This document shows, one piece after another, positions 10,341 to 21,558 of a stretch of 64,000 nucleotides of DNA. The translations under genes were made by a program, and so were the position numbers. Under the pieces are notes generated by a model. The model worked only from the letters and a program-made list of their open reading frames with translations. It was not told the DNA's origin and searched no databases. Numbering within the stretch: the stretch's first letter is position 1; every line of letters begins with the position of its first letter. This DNA comes from Takakia lepidozioides (lineage: Eukaryota > Plantae > Bryophyta). The stretch lies in contig CM060732.1 in the NCBI GenBank assembly GCA_030704615.1, positions 52,762,001 to 52,826,000 on the forward strand. The letters are read 5' to 3'.

Positions 10341-13300
10341 TTATCCCAAGCAGTGTGGACACAACCAATCTCCGTCAGGAACCTTCTCAAGAGGTGGTGT
10401 CAAGCATCCCATATGCCAACCCCTTGAGCATCGATCATACACCAGCATGGTGGTTGCCCCTTTGGCAGACCCACAGAGCATGCACCTCAAACCTGCAGGT
10501 ACCACTGTCAAGTTTGGGTCAACTCTGCCATCGACATTGGGAAGGTGACATGGCGCACAATTACGCACATGGTCTTTCCAAGTCATGCCATCCCGACCCT
10601 CCAAGATCAAGACTCCTGAGGGCAACACCTCTTAAACCCTCAGAATAACACGCCCTGCAGTAACATCCAGAGTCGTAGGAGCAGTCTGCTGCAAATAAAC
10701 ATAGTCACCAGGGCTAAACGTCCGAACCCCAGGACGATATCCTCCACCACGTATAGTGGCATACCTCAACGTATCACGGTGCTGTGCAATGGCAAGGTTC
10801 TCAAAAGCCATGGGCATGACTTTCTTTACCAACTCTGCACGCTGATCACATACACGTACCCACACGTCCGGATCGTCAAGGTTAAGGACTTGAGCAGTGT
10901 CCCTACGAATGGCTGCAGGCAAATCCGGCTCTCGGCCAAAGAGAAGGAAATATGGTGAGAAGGAGGCAAGTGATGCTTGTTTGCTGAACCTGTAGCCCAT
11001 GGCTAACCAAGGAACCTGAAGATCCCAATCTCCTAGGTGTCCCTTCTGCAAGCCATACTTGCGCAAACCCCTCTTCACCGTCTGAACAACTCTCTCTGCT
11101 AAGCCATCGGCCTCAGGATGATCCCGAGAAGTGGTGCGGTGGTCTATCAAGGCTTTATCACACAAAGCCTGAAACTCCCCAAGAACTCTCTCCCTTGGTC
11201 CGTGAGTACCTCAGCTGGAGCACCAAATCGGCTAAGCACACGATCCAAGAATGCATACGCAGCCCCCTCACTAGCCTTGTCAGGCAATGGAACCAACTCA
11301 ATCCACTTGGAGAAGTGCTCCACCATCACCAACACATATCTGTGGTGGCGCATAGTAAGTGGCAACGGTCCTGCGAAGTCAAGACTCCACCTGTAGCCCA
11401 ATCCCATGATTGGTAAATGATGCAACTGTGGTGTAGGGGTGTTGAATGAAGCACGCACCCTGTCACACACCATGCACCTAGCCACGAACTGTTGCACCTC
11501 TGTATGCATACCACGCCACCAATACTGCCCCTGTAGTAAACTGTGAGTGCGTCGCACTCCAAAATGCCCCAACTCCTCATGGGCATGCCGCACTAACCGT
11601 GCACGCTGTGTTAGGTGAGGCACGATCATCACCCGACCATCCTCCCACACTCGAAGCAGGTGTATCCCCTCCCACTTGAACCTCTTGGCTCGTTGTAGGA
11701 TCCGATCCATCTCCTTGGCAGTCACACTAGCTGCCGTGTCTCTAGTGCGGAGGTAGTCCAACACAACCGAATCCTCATGTATATCTCTGGCACCACTTGG
11801 CTCATCACTAGCCTCAGGGTCCTCAGACACTCCGTCTACAGTCATCCCTGTTATAGGTCCAACCTGACCTATCGATGCCAAGATACACAAAATTGCAGAT
11901 GCGTGCCATCCCGGCACCATCTCCTCGTCCGTCTCACCATGCCACCGAGCTCCAGTGTCATCTTGCTGGCTCATGCATGGATTGCGACTCAATCCATCCG
12001 CATCCCGATTGACCAAACCCGGTCGATGCACAACTTGAAAGTCATACTCCTGGAGTATGAGTGCCCACCGTGCAAGCTTCCCCATAAGCTTGTCTGACTC
12101 CATCAACCACTTGAGTGGCTGGTGATCCGTGACAAGGGTGAAAAGATTGCCGTATAGATAGCACCTGAAGTGTGCCACGGCCCACACTGCAGCTAAGCAC
12201 TCTCCCTCATATGAGCTGTACTTAGCCTCTGCAGCGTTGTTCGAGCAGCTAGCATAAGCCACTACGAACTCTCTTCCCTCATCATCCACCTGTGTGAGCA
12301 CCGCTCCAAGCCCCAGCATGCTCCAATCTGTATGCAGCTGAAAGGGACGCCCCCTGATAGGTTGTCTCAGGATAGGAGCCGAGGTCAACCTCGCCTTGAG
12401 CTCTTGAAAAGCTCGTTCCTGCTCATCTTCCCACTGCCACTCCTGGTCCATCTTGGTCAGCTTGGTTAGAGCCTTTGCAATGGTACTAAATCCCTTGACA
12501 AACCGTCTATAATAGTTTGCCAACCCCATGAAAGCTCGAACTCGACTCACATCCGTGGGGCGTGGAATTTGTGCAATGGCCTCTACCTTAGTCTACTGTA
12601 CCCCCAATCCTCCAGGATATATCATGTGACCCAGATACTCAATCTGGTTGTGGAAAAACTTGCACTTCCCCGGATGCAACTTCAATCCGTGCGCTCTCAA
12701 GCGCTCCAATACCACCTGAAGGTGTCTCTCATGCTCCTCTATCGTAACACTAAAGATGATGATGTCATCTATGTAGCACCGAGCAAAGTCCACCCCTGCT
12801 AAAATCCTATCCATGACTCTCTGAAACTCTGCAGGAGCATTCTTAAGCCCAAATGGTAAGAACCGCCACTGATATAGGCAATCCTTGCCGTGCTCATTGA
12901 TCCCCCAAAATGCCGTCTTCTGCTTGTCCCACAATGGCTTTGGCTCGCATCACTGAGCCATCTGTAGGGTGATCCGGCCGTAGTCTGATAGCCAACTCAC
13001 GCCGTATCATGCCCCGAGCCTGCTCCGATCCTCCCAGAGACGTCTGTATCTGGAAAGGACAAGGCTCCATATCCGCCTCCGTGAAGCCCAAGCCTGCAAT
13101 AGCAGCTCTGCCCAGCATCAATGGCTCAGCTCCCGAGTCCAACAAGACCCGCAGTGGCCGGTACCTCTTGCCTGCCGGTCCACTCAAACAGAAAATGTCA
13201 TCCTGGTTGTCTAACATGACACTCCAGGTGTCACCATGGCGCGCTCAATGGTTGGCCTAGCTGGCAGCTGCAGCTTGCCATGGCGCCGCCGTGGCAGTCT

Positions 13301-15338
13301 TGACCCTCAAATCCGAGGATCCCTCCGGCACTACACCTCCCACTATCTCCGCAGAAGATGAAGTAACCTCCCCACTGTCACAGAGTGTAGCTGCCAGCCT
13401 GAACACCTCAGCTGGTCTTACCCACGGCGTCGCAATCATGGTAGCCGAGAACAATGGAGCCTGACATACAGATGTGGCCGCTCCTAGCAGCAAACTAGCT
13501 GCCGTAGCCTTGGCAACACTAGGTAGTGGTGCTACCCGTGTAGCTCTCCCAATGGCATAGTAACCTCCGCCTCGGTAACAGTCGGGCGAGAACTAGGTGC
13601 CATGGATGGCGTCGACACTGTCTCCGCCAATGTGAATGACTGAGGAAGCCTAGCCTGACGGCTTGCCTCCCCACGCTGTGGATCCAACTCCACCTCTGCA
13701 CCTCATGGCTCAGGAACTCGTGCTGCTCCTCGAGTCACGGCTGTAACAGACTCCACTTGCACTTGTGGTAGTGCTGCTCCACACATGAATCCCATGCCTC
13801 CCATATCTCCTCCCTCAGGAGCAGGAGGTGGACCATCCGGCCTTAGAGCCGGTACCACCTGAGCTGTAGCCATGGCAGCGAGCCTCTGCTCTAGCTGCTG
13901 AAGCCGGTTGGCCATGCCTTGGTCAACCCCTGACCTCCGCGTCCTTGGCCATGTTGAGCTTGCCCTTGGCCTGCACCTCGTGGCTGGCCACCTCGTCCTC
14001 TCTGGGCTGCTCCACCTCGCCCCCGGCCACCATTGTTCCCTTGGAACTGGCCTGGGCGCAACTTAGGATGCAAACCATAACACTGGGCCTCTCCATGCCC
14101 GTGCTTGCCACAATGCCCACACTGCAACTGTGCAGGCTGTGCATGTGCCAGCCCTTTGCCTCCCTCCGGGCAATCCTTCTTGACATGGGGTCCTCCACAT
14201 GTCCAGCACACCACATCCGCCCGTTGTTGCCCAGCAAATGAAGGGAGAGACCCCTGCATCTGAGGTCCTCTCTGCCCTTCCCTGAGCTTCACCTGAGCCC
14301 CCTTGTTGCCTTGAGCACGTTGAGGTAGTGGTTGGCTAGGAGCACCACTACCCCGTGGTGTCTCCTTAGCAAATCCCACCATGACCACTCGTTCCTCCAC
14401 CATGTTGAGCTCTATCCGCTCTGCCAGCAAAAACACATTTGCTAAGGTGGGTTGGGCCGCTTGTATGAGAGTTGCATCCCGCACCCTTCTCCTCAGCTCC
14501 TTGCCCAATATCCCATACCAGAATTGGACTGCCTAAGCTTCCGTAACCCCTTGGGTTACATTTATCAAGCGCCTCATGCGAATGAAAGCCTCCCTCAAGC
14601 TCTCGGTCGGCTTCCGTTGGAACTCTTGCAAGCTCCGCAACTTCTCTGTCCTCACCCCTTGGTAGTTCCCTCTCAACTCTTCGAGGAACTCCACAACAGG
14701 GTTGAAGGCAGGCACGGGTACTAGTGTTGGTGCGGTAGTGGCTTGGGTGGACGTCGTAGCTACTGTACCACCAGTCCCACTAGTCCCTCTACTACTTGCT
14801 GAAGCTCCGGTGCAGCGGCAGGTGTAGCCACTGCCCTCGTGGCTCTAGTGCCCCTAGTGATGGAGACATAGTCGGGTGACCAGTACATCCTCCACTCCTC
14901 GATCTCAACCTCATGCCCCCGCCTGAACTCATGGTAATCATCCATAGGCGGCCCCTCAAGGTGTTGAAACAACCCTTTCCATGCCATGAAAGGCGTAAAT
15001 AGTTGTGGATTGCGCATTTGCTGCAAATCACACCAACTATCAAACTCTTGGATAAAATCATCCAACTCGATGGTGCCCACTGCCCCAGAGTACCTTCGTG
15101 GCCCCTTGGTAGCTCCATACATCTCCTCCATTGTGTCCCACAACAATGACAAAGAAACAACTTGCACCGCCGATATGAGTCCTCCTGATTCACAATCCGA
15201 ATCAGAACCTTCCGTAGAAGACACAGGAGGTGAAGGTGGCCTAAACCGCACACCTCGTCTCGTGTACCCACTAGTATCGCTAGTGCTCGAACCGGCACTG
15301 TCCCCAGCAACTAGTGGCACCTCCGTGTTGACACTCAA
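10341..15338 (-). pseudogene. Gag-pol polyprotein (gag with zinc knuckles, protease, RT, RNase H, integrase, PHD finger), disrupted
   Basis: CWTCGGPHVKKDC and CGHCGKHGHGEAQC knuckles; LLDSGAE protease; PFGLKNAP and YIDD RT; LHTDWS...TDHQPL RNase H; H..LGHFG..C..C, LDFAGP, TDQGREF and GLAER integrase; C4HC3 PHD at about 10347-10485. Several stops and frameshifts; RT N-terminus missing at about 12934. Confidence 0.95.
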
Positions 15339-16059
15339 CCGGTCATGAACATGTCCCTAACCCCCTCTCCACAAGGTAACCGGGTAGAGAACCTGTTGCG
15401 GCTTATGGTTTGGAATACTAAGTTCCTAACATAGCCTACACCTGTACCTGTATCCACCGCAATCACTCCTATGGTTGGCTGGTCATCACCTCCAACCTCA
15501 CCACAGGAGAAACAATGATGGTCTGGCTGGTCATCACCCCAGCCTCACCATCGACAGCATGATCTAGGACTGGCCGGTGATCAAATCCGGACCAATCACC
15601 TATAAAAACAAGCGCCCACACAAAACTAGCATGGCGCATAGTCAAGCATGCAGGTATGGAGGGGATCCAAACACAAGAAATCAGAACGACAACTCCCCCA
15701 CACCAAAAACAACTCCATGGTGTTGCTCCTGCAAGGACACCCCAGCCCAAACCCGGACTGACTCTTGCCTCCACCTACGGAAAGGTCTTGGCCTAATGAG
15801 AGGGTGGAAACTACGAGGAAGAGAAGCTAAAGCAATGCCTAACCCCAGCATGCCCTCATCCCAACACTCTTCCTCTCCTCTCTTCCCTCACTTGCATGAC
15901 CATGGGAATATCATGAAGATACTCCTCAAACCGCCCTCCACGAGCTTCAAAATTCGGCCTTCAAGACCACATGCTAGTCCTTAGGCAGTCCACCAGTGCC
16001 TCCACGAGTCAGCACAGGCCGTCCACAGGTCAACACGGGCCACCACAGGCCCACACAGC

Positions 16060-16390
16060 TCACTGGTCACAGCCGTCACAGTCCCACAGGCCACTGGGCA
16101 CAGCCTGTCACAGCCCCTCATAGCCCGTCACAGCTCGCCACAACCTGTCACAGCCCGTCACAGCCCCACAGGCCACTGGGCATAGCCTGTCACAGCCCCT
16201 CACAGCCCCTCACAGCCCCAAAGGCCTCAGGCACGGCCTGTCACAGCCCCTCACAGCCCATCACAGCCCCAAAGGCCACGGGCACAGCCTGTCACAGCCC
16301 TTCACAGCCCCTCACAGCCCCAAAGGCCTTAGGCACGGCCTGTCACAGCCCCTCACAGCCCCCAAGGCCACAGGGACAGCCCGTCACAAC
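16060..16390 (+). repeat. (TCACAGCCC)-based tandem repeat with about 50-bp higher-order units, in the gypsy 5' leader
   Basis: Repeated ggcacagcctgtcacagcccctcacagcccctcacagccccaaaggcc. Confidence 0.9.
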
Positions 16391-17912
16391 CCCATCCATG
16401 GCCGCTCTAGCAGTTTAGCCATTTCTCCAAGGGGTTTAGCCACGCCAAGCTAGGGTTTGTGTCTCTTGGACTCTAGGCTTCTTTCCACCGAGCTATGGCG
16501 GCTGTGAGGAAATCAGCAAGGTATTCTTGCTCTTTCGGCTCCCACACACCACCATAGTAGCCCTAAGCCATGAGGTGGTTGCCACAAACCAAACCTTCTT
16601 TCTCACTTAGCCTCCCCAAACACACCACTAAACTCAATGGCAAACAACCAAGCCCTGCTGGTTCCCAGCCCTTGTGAGCACTCATTCAAGCACTCTCCTT
16701 GGCCATAGCATCTGTCTTAGAGCCTATTCCAGCCCCCTACACCTGCTGCTTCACGAGTTGCGCTCCCTTCAAGCTTGAAGTTGAAACCCCAACTCACATA
16801 GGCCCTACAAGTGCTTTTCTTTCACTCCAAGTGGAAACCAGCCCTAGACCTTCCGTTCTAGCTCTCTAAAGCTTGAAAACAAGAGCCTCAATGGGCTGAA
16901 GGCATGCTCCATACATGCCCCACTCTCACCATAAGAGAATTAGCTCATTTGCTTCATTTCTTGCACCCACAAACCTGAAAATACAAGCTTCAGCAGGCTG
17001 AAAGCATGCTCCACATGCCCTACAGGGAAACCAGCCCCTTCCTTCCTTTCTTGCACTCCCACACCTGAAAGTGCAAGCCTTCACCAGGCTGATAGCATGC
17101 TCCACACATGCATTGCCCTCACATAAGGGAAGTCAGCCCTTCCCTCTTCTTTGCTTGCCCTCCAAGCTTGAAGATGGAAGCTTCAATGAGCTGAATACAT
17201 GCTCCACACATGCAACCTCTTCACACAAGAGATATCAGCCCCCTATCTTGGCTCCTTGGCTCCTTGATGCTCTCTAAGACAAGACTAAGCACTCCACAGC
17301 CTTTGTCAAGCTCCTGACACCCTAAGGCTTACATTTCCAGCCACAAGACACTTCTCTTGTGGTGCCAGAGCTCTTCTTCCAAGCTCTGAAACCCTAGGTG
17401 TATATTCCATGGCCTTGCCGCACCTCTTAGCTCCTGTTCCAGCCCTGCTCTTGCCATGACAAGAGCCCTCTCAATGCTGAAGCTCGAGATTGAAACCCAA
17501 TCTCACCATACTCCACAAAGTGCACTGATTTGCCCCAAGCCAAATCAGCCCTTTCGCTTGGTCTTGCAATCCTTCACACAATGAAAGCTCGCATTCCCAA
17601 GTCCAGTTCTCAGCTTTGCCACCAAAGCCACTATAACCTGCTCTTGACTGGTCCTCTTCCCAATCGTGCTTGCTCATGCATGTACACAATCTGAAACCAT
17701 CAAGGTGCTCTGGAATTACCTGCAGCATGGTGATTTCATCTCTGAAGCTGAAGATCGAATGCCAAGGTCTACCACCTCATAACCCACATCGCCTCCGCTT
17801 CTAACAACCAAGAGCTCCACGGTGCTCCTTGCATAACAACTTGGTTTCTCTCATTCTCAAGCAAAAACCACAAGTGCTACAACTAACTCGTATCTGGCAC
17901 TCACAGATACGA

Positions 17913-17929
17913 GCTCATCTTTCTCGAGT
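17913..17929 (-). promoter_or_regulatory. Putative self-priming primer-binding site
   Basis: gctcatctttctcgagt (17913-17929) abuts repeat X and is the exact reverse complement of actcgagaaagatgagc (18093-18109) inside X; there is no TGG-type tRNA PBS. Confidence 0.7.
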
Positions 17930-18255
17930 GATAAAGAAGAAGAATAAAAGCACAAGCTCATGCGAGCTCACAAAGTTGAAGCATAAACTCATGCATATAT
18001 AACCTCATCACTCAAATACAAGTCAAGCCAAGTGCACCCCACGCCATGGGGAATCCACACTACGGCGCCATAGCTAGGCGCGGTGAGGCTCAACTCGAGA
18101 AAGATGAGCCTCCCGCGCTTGCCGTGAAGATAACCACTCCAGGGCCTAAATCTGCCTTGACCCCTGGATTGACACTTGGTCCAATCCCAAATGTCAATAT
18201 GTAAAAGCTAGCTATTTCCTAGCTAGTTTCACACTAGTGGTAAAATAATTTGACA
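17929..18255 (-). repeat. Terminal repeat X (B'), 5' copy, 327 bp
   Basis: About 97% identical to 9575-9901 by manual comparison. Confidence 0.95.
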
Positions 18256-19600
18256 GAGGAAGTGCCAGGAGGAGGGCCCGCGCGACCAGCCCCGTCGTCA
18301 ACCAGCCCCTTGTTGGTAAGCATCCACCATTTTTGGTTATTTTACTGTTTTTAGCTTTAGTTCACCATGAAGCTAATCAGCTTCCTCCTTTTCTGCTATG
18401 GCATGTGGTGCAAAAGGTAGGGAGGATGAGTAAGGAGGGCCCACCTGCAACCAGGCCCATTGGTCCATGGTAATCATTGCTCATCATTTTATTTTTTTTC
18501 CTGTTTTCTTTGATGATATACCAAGGGGCTGATAGCCCCTTGCTCCACTATGGTAGATTTTACATTGGAGGGAGCGCAAGCAAAGAGGGGCCCACCAACC
18601 AGCCCACATTACCCACTGGTAAGTATCTTCCATTTCTTTAAATTTTTTTAATTCTTGATACAATTGGGGGTTGATAAGATAGCCCTTTTGGCTTCTGTTA
18701 TAGCAGATTCTGCATGAAAGGGAGGGAGCCCAAAGTAGGGAGGGACCTGCCAACCAGCCACCATTACCCGCTTGTAACTCCCTTTCATTGAGCTTTATTT
18801 TTTTAGTTGTTTAAATTTTTGTTAAAAGAGGGGCTGATTAGCCCATTGCTCTTGCGCTACGGCTGATCGTGCATGGGAGGGAAAGGAGTGCAAGTAGGAA
18901 GGCTGGCCAACCAGCCCCTCTTGCACCGCACATGTAAGCATCCCCCTTCATTTTTTTTCCCCATAAAATTGGTATAGCAAGGGCTGATTAGCCGTTGCTA
19001 ATGCAGATCACACACAAGAAGAACGTCCAGTGCAAGTAAAAAAGCACGTCAACTAGCCCATCTCATCTTGAGGTAAGCCCCCACCCTTTATCTTAGTTTT
19101 TTAATGTTATTCTTTCCAATGTGTGGTACAACAAAAGGCTGATTCGCCCTTCCTCATAGTGATATGTTGCACTCGGGAAGGGAGCAGAAATAGGAGGCCT
19201 CTTGACCCGCCAACCAGCCCCCATTACCCGCGTGTACTTCCCCTTCATTGTTCTTTATTTTCTTAATTATTTTAAGTTTGTGATATAAGAGGAGCTGATT
19301 AGCCCCTTGCTCTTTTGCTATTGTAGATCGTGCATGGGAGGGAAAGAGGGCAAGTAGGGAGGCCTGCCAACCAGCCCCCGTTCCACCACACATGTAAGCA
19401 TGCCCCTAATTCAATGTTGCATATTTTTTTTTTCCTAGAAAATTGGCATAGCAAGGGGCTGATCAGCCCCCTACTCTGTTGCTATGTAGATCACACACAA
19501 GAAGGAGGAGTGCGAGTTTAGAGCCCGCTAACCAGCCCCCTCAAGCCCCCACCCTTTAATAGCTTAGTTTTTTATTTTATTTTTTCCAATGTGTGGTATT
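18256..19600 (+). repeat. Degenerate array of about 130-160-bp units (continues at about 9200-9408 on the other side of the gypsy insertion)
   Basis: Recurring gggagg...ccaaccagccc...taagc...T-rich...gggctgattagccc units; removing the retroelement and one GAGG restores a unit. Confidence 0.75.
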
Positions 19601-20367
19601 ATTTGGGCATCTCAAGAATATTTTTCATACTTTTTTCATGTTTGTGAGCATCCTAACTGCACGCTACCCAACCTCTCTTCAAGGATCAGAGTTTCGCATT
19701 GCAAATGCATATCTCAATATGTAATTGTACTAGTTGTTAGGGGAAATAGTTTCGCTCTACAAAAATATACATGGGTAGGGCCTTTAAAAGTGATCTATTC
19801 ATCATTTCAGCTACAGTGTGATTTCTTCTTAGGCTGGTTGGTACAGAGTTTCGCCGTGCGAAATTATCCATAAGTGATGATCTTAAATTTAAGGTTAGGC
19901 CTCACCGCCCCTCTCGTGTCTGTTATGAAATGAGCCTGGTATCGTGTGAGCACAACGTGAGAAAAAACCATGCTTATAGGGTAACATGTTCATCATGTAT
20001 AGGGGGTACTTGTTTTTTATGTGTTAGTTTTGCAAAATTATTAGTTTTGCCAATTCCGTTTTGCTGTGGAAATTTCACGAAAATTTTGTGGAAATTTGGG
20101 GAATATGCCCTTGTGCTCATGTGCTACCTAACCTCCCCCCCCCCCCCCCCCCCCTTTTCTCTCTTAGCGCCGGGTGTTCCCCATGCGATACGCTTTAACG
20201 GTTCCCTTGGAGGTTATTTTTTCCTCCTCTCTGTCCCGTTTGCCCCTTTTAATAAAGTCTCCAAGGCCTGTGTGTCCTCTGTTCTTTGAAATAAAATAAA
20301 AATAAAATTGGGAAATGTACCCCCCCAAATCACATACAAAGCACCCCCCGATAAATTTTAGGTCTTT

Positions 20368-20414
20368 GAGAGAGAGAGAACACTCCGGCCGAAGCCGGCA
20401 TAACTAAGAGCCAC
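20368..20414 (-). mobile_element. 47-bp retroposed insert with (TC)n tail and 11-bp TSD
   Basis: tttaggtcttt at 20357-20367 and 20415-20425; the paralogous copy at 8461-8471 has one motif and no insert. Confidence 0.8.
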
Positions 20415-20942
20415 TTTAGGTCTTTCACTCTGAAATTTTCAGAGAGCACTTTTTATGTGCCCCTAATTGTGAATCTGGAGGCCATTTACCCAAGAGAAAT
20501 ATGGATATTGGAAAATTTTGCCAAAAAAGTTTTTGATCAGAGCAAATTTCTAGGTTGGATGGGGCATTTTCTGAAACGGCTTCAGGCCTGCCACGTGGGC
20601 GGTCAACATGCTTCGACACCACCGGAATATGGTGCCCCCTGACACTGAAAAATCCTACTGTTCATGGAATTTAAGGTTTTCTTGTGCCGTTTGTTGGAGC
20701 ATGTAGAGGACAACGACGCTTACATTTTCCATTCAGACCGCATGTTCATTCGACTTCATCCACGGATGTTATGGGGTGGATGAAAATTGTTGGTCGATTA
20801 GGGTTTAATGGATTCTCCAATGGAAGCATTCTTAGGCATCATAACAACAATCTTAGGGACACCATTGTGTGTTGCTCTACTTGGTCAATGTCCATGTCAA
20901 CACTGAAAACAACAGTTTCTTGGGGCTCAAATATTTTAATAC

Positions 20943-21452
20943 CAGTATTGGTCTGGTATATAGGTGAACAATTGGTATAATGTACTAGTATATATATTGG
21001 TATTGAATACCAGACCAGTCTGGTATCATTTGGGAGATACTTTGTCATATACCATACCAGGCTGGTATCAATTTTTTCATACCAGCCACAATACTTACCA
21101 GTACCCCCCCACCGTCTTCCTCTTTTACTCTGGTATGTGTACTATACTAATTTATGTGTACATATGCCTACATACTTGTACTTTGTATGTTTACTTCTTT
21201 ATGTGTATTGCATTTGTTTTCACTTGATACTTGCTATTTGATAAACTTGTAATTCCAAGATGGCTTGGGAAAGACACCAGAATTGAATTCTCGTACCAGC
21301 TGGTGTGGTGGTCATGATACTCATACTCATACCGGTATCTGGAAAAAAATACGTCCACCATTATATAGATGAGGCTGGCATGAAAGTTTTGTGACACGTT
21401 TGGTGCCAGGACCAGTATGGTATGTCCTAAACCTGATACCAGACCGACATTG
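20943..21452. mobile_element. hAT-type MITE, 510 bp
   Basis: TIRs cagtattggtctggtat / ataccagaccgacattg (14/17); imperfect 8-bp TSD tttaatac / gttaatcc; many ATACCAG subterminal motifs. Confidence 0.7.
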
Positions 21453-21558
21453 GTTAATCCCATGTAAGACATGAGGTAATTACTGGTGACGTAAGGAAGA
21501 GCAATCATTTTCGGGTGACAGGTAACTCCTTTGTGTCCCAGTCAGGAGACCAGGGATA

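Larger units (their letters stand above)
9409..18255 (-). mobile_element. Ty3/gypsy-type retrotransposon with PHD finger and split direct repeats (non-autonomous copy)
   Basis: TG at 9409 and CA at 18255; 4-bp TSD GAGG (9405-9408 and 18256-18259); domain order gag-PR-RT-RH-IN on the minus strand; terminal repeats A-B-gc-A'...B'. Confidence 0.93.

Noticed and set aside
15996-16418. 140-aa ORF with CHSPSQP repeats
   Set aside because: Artefact of the TCACAGCCC array, antisense to the retroelement.
9409-18255. DIRS/Ngaro tyrosine-recombinase element
   Set aside because: The repeat layout fits, but the element encodes a protease and DDE integrase, has a TSD and shows no YR motif.
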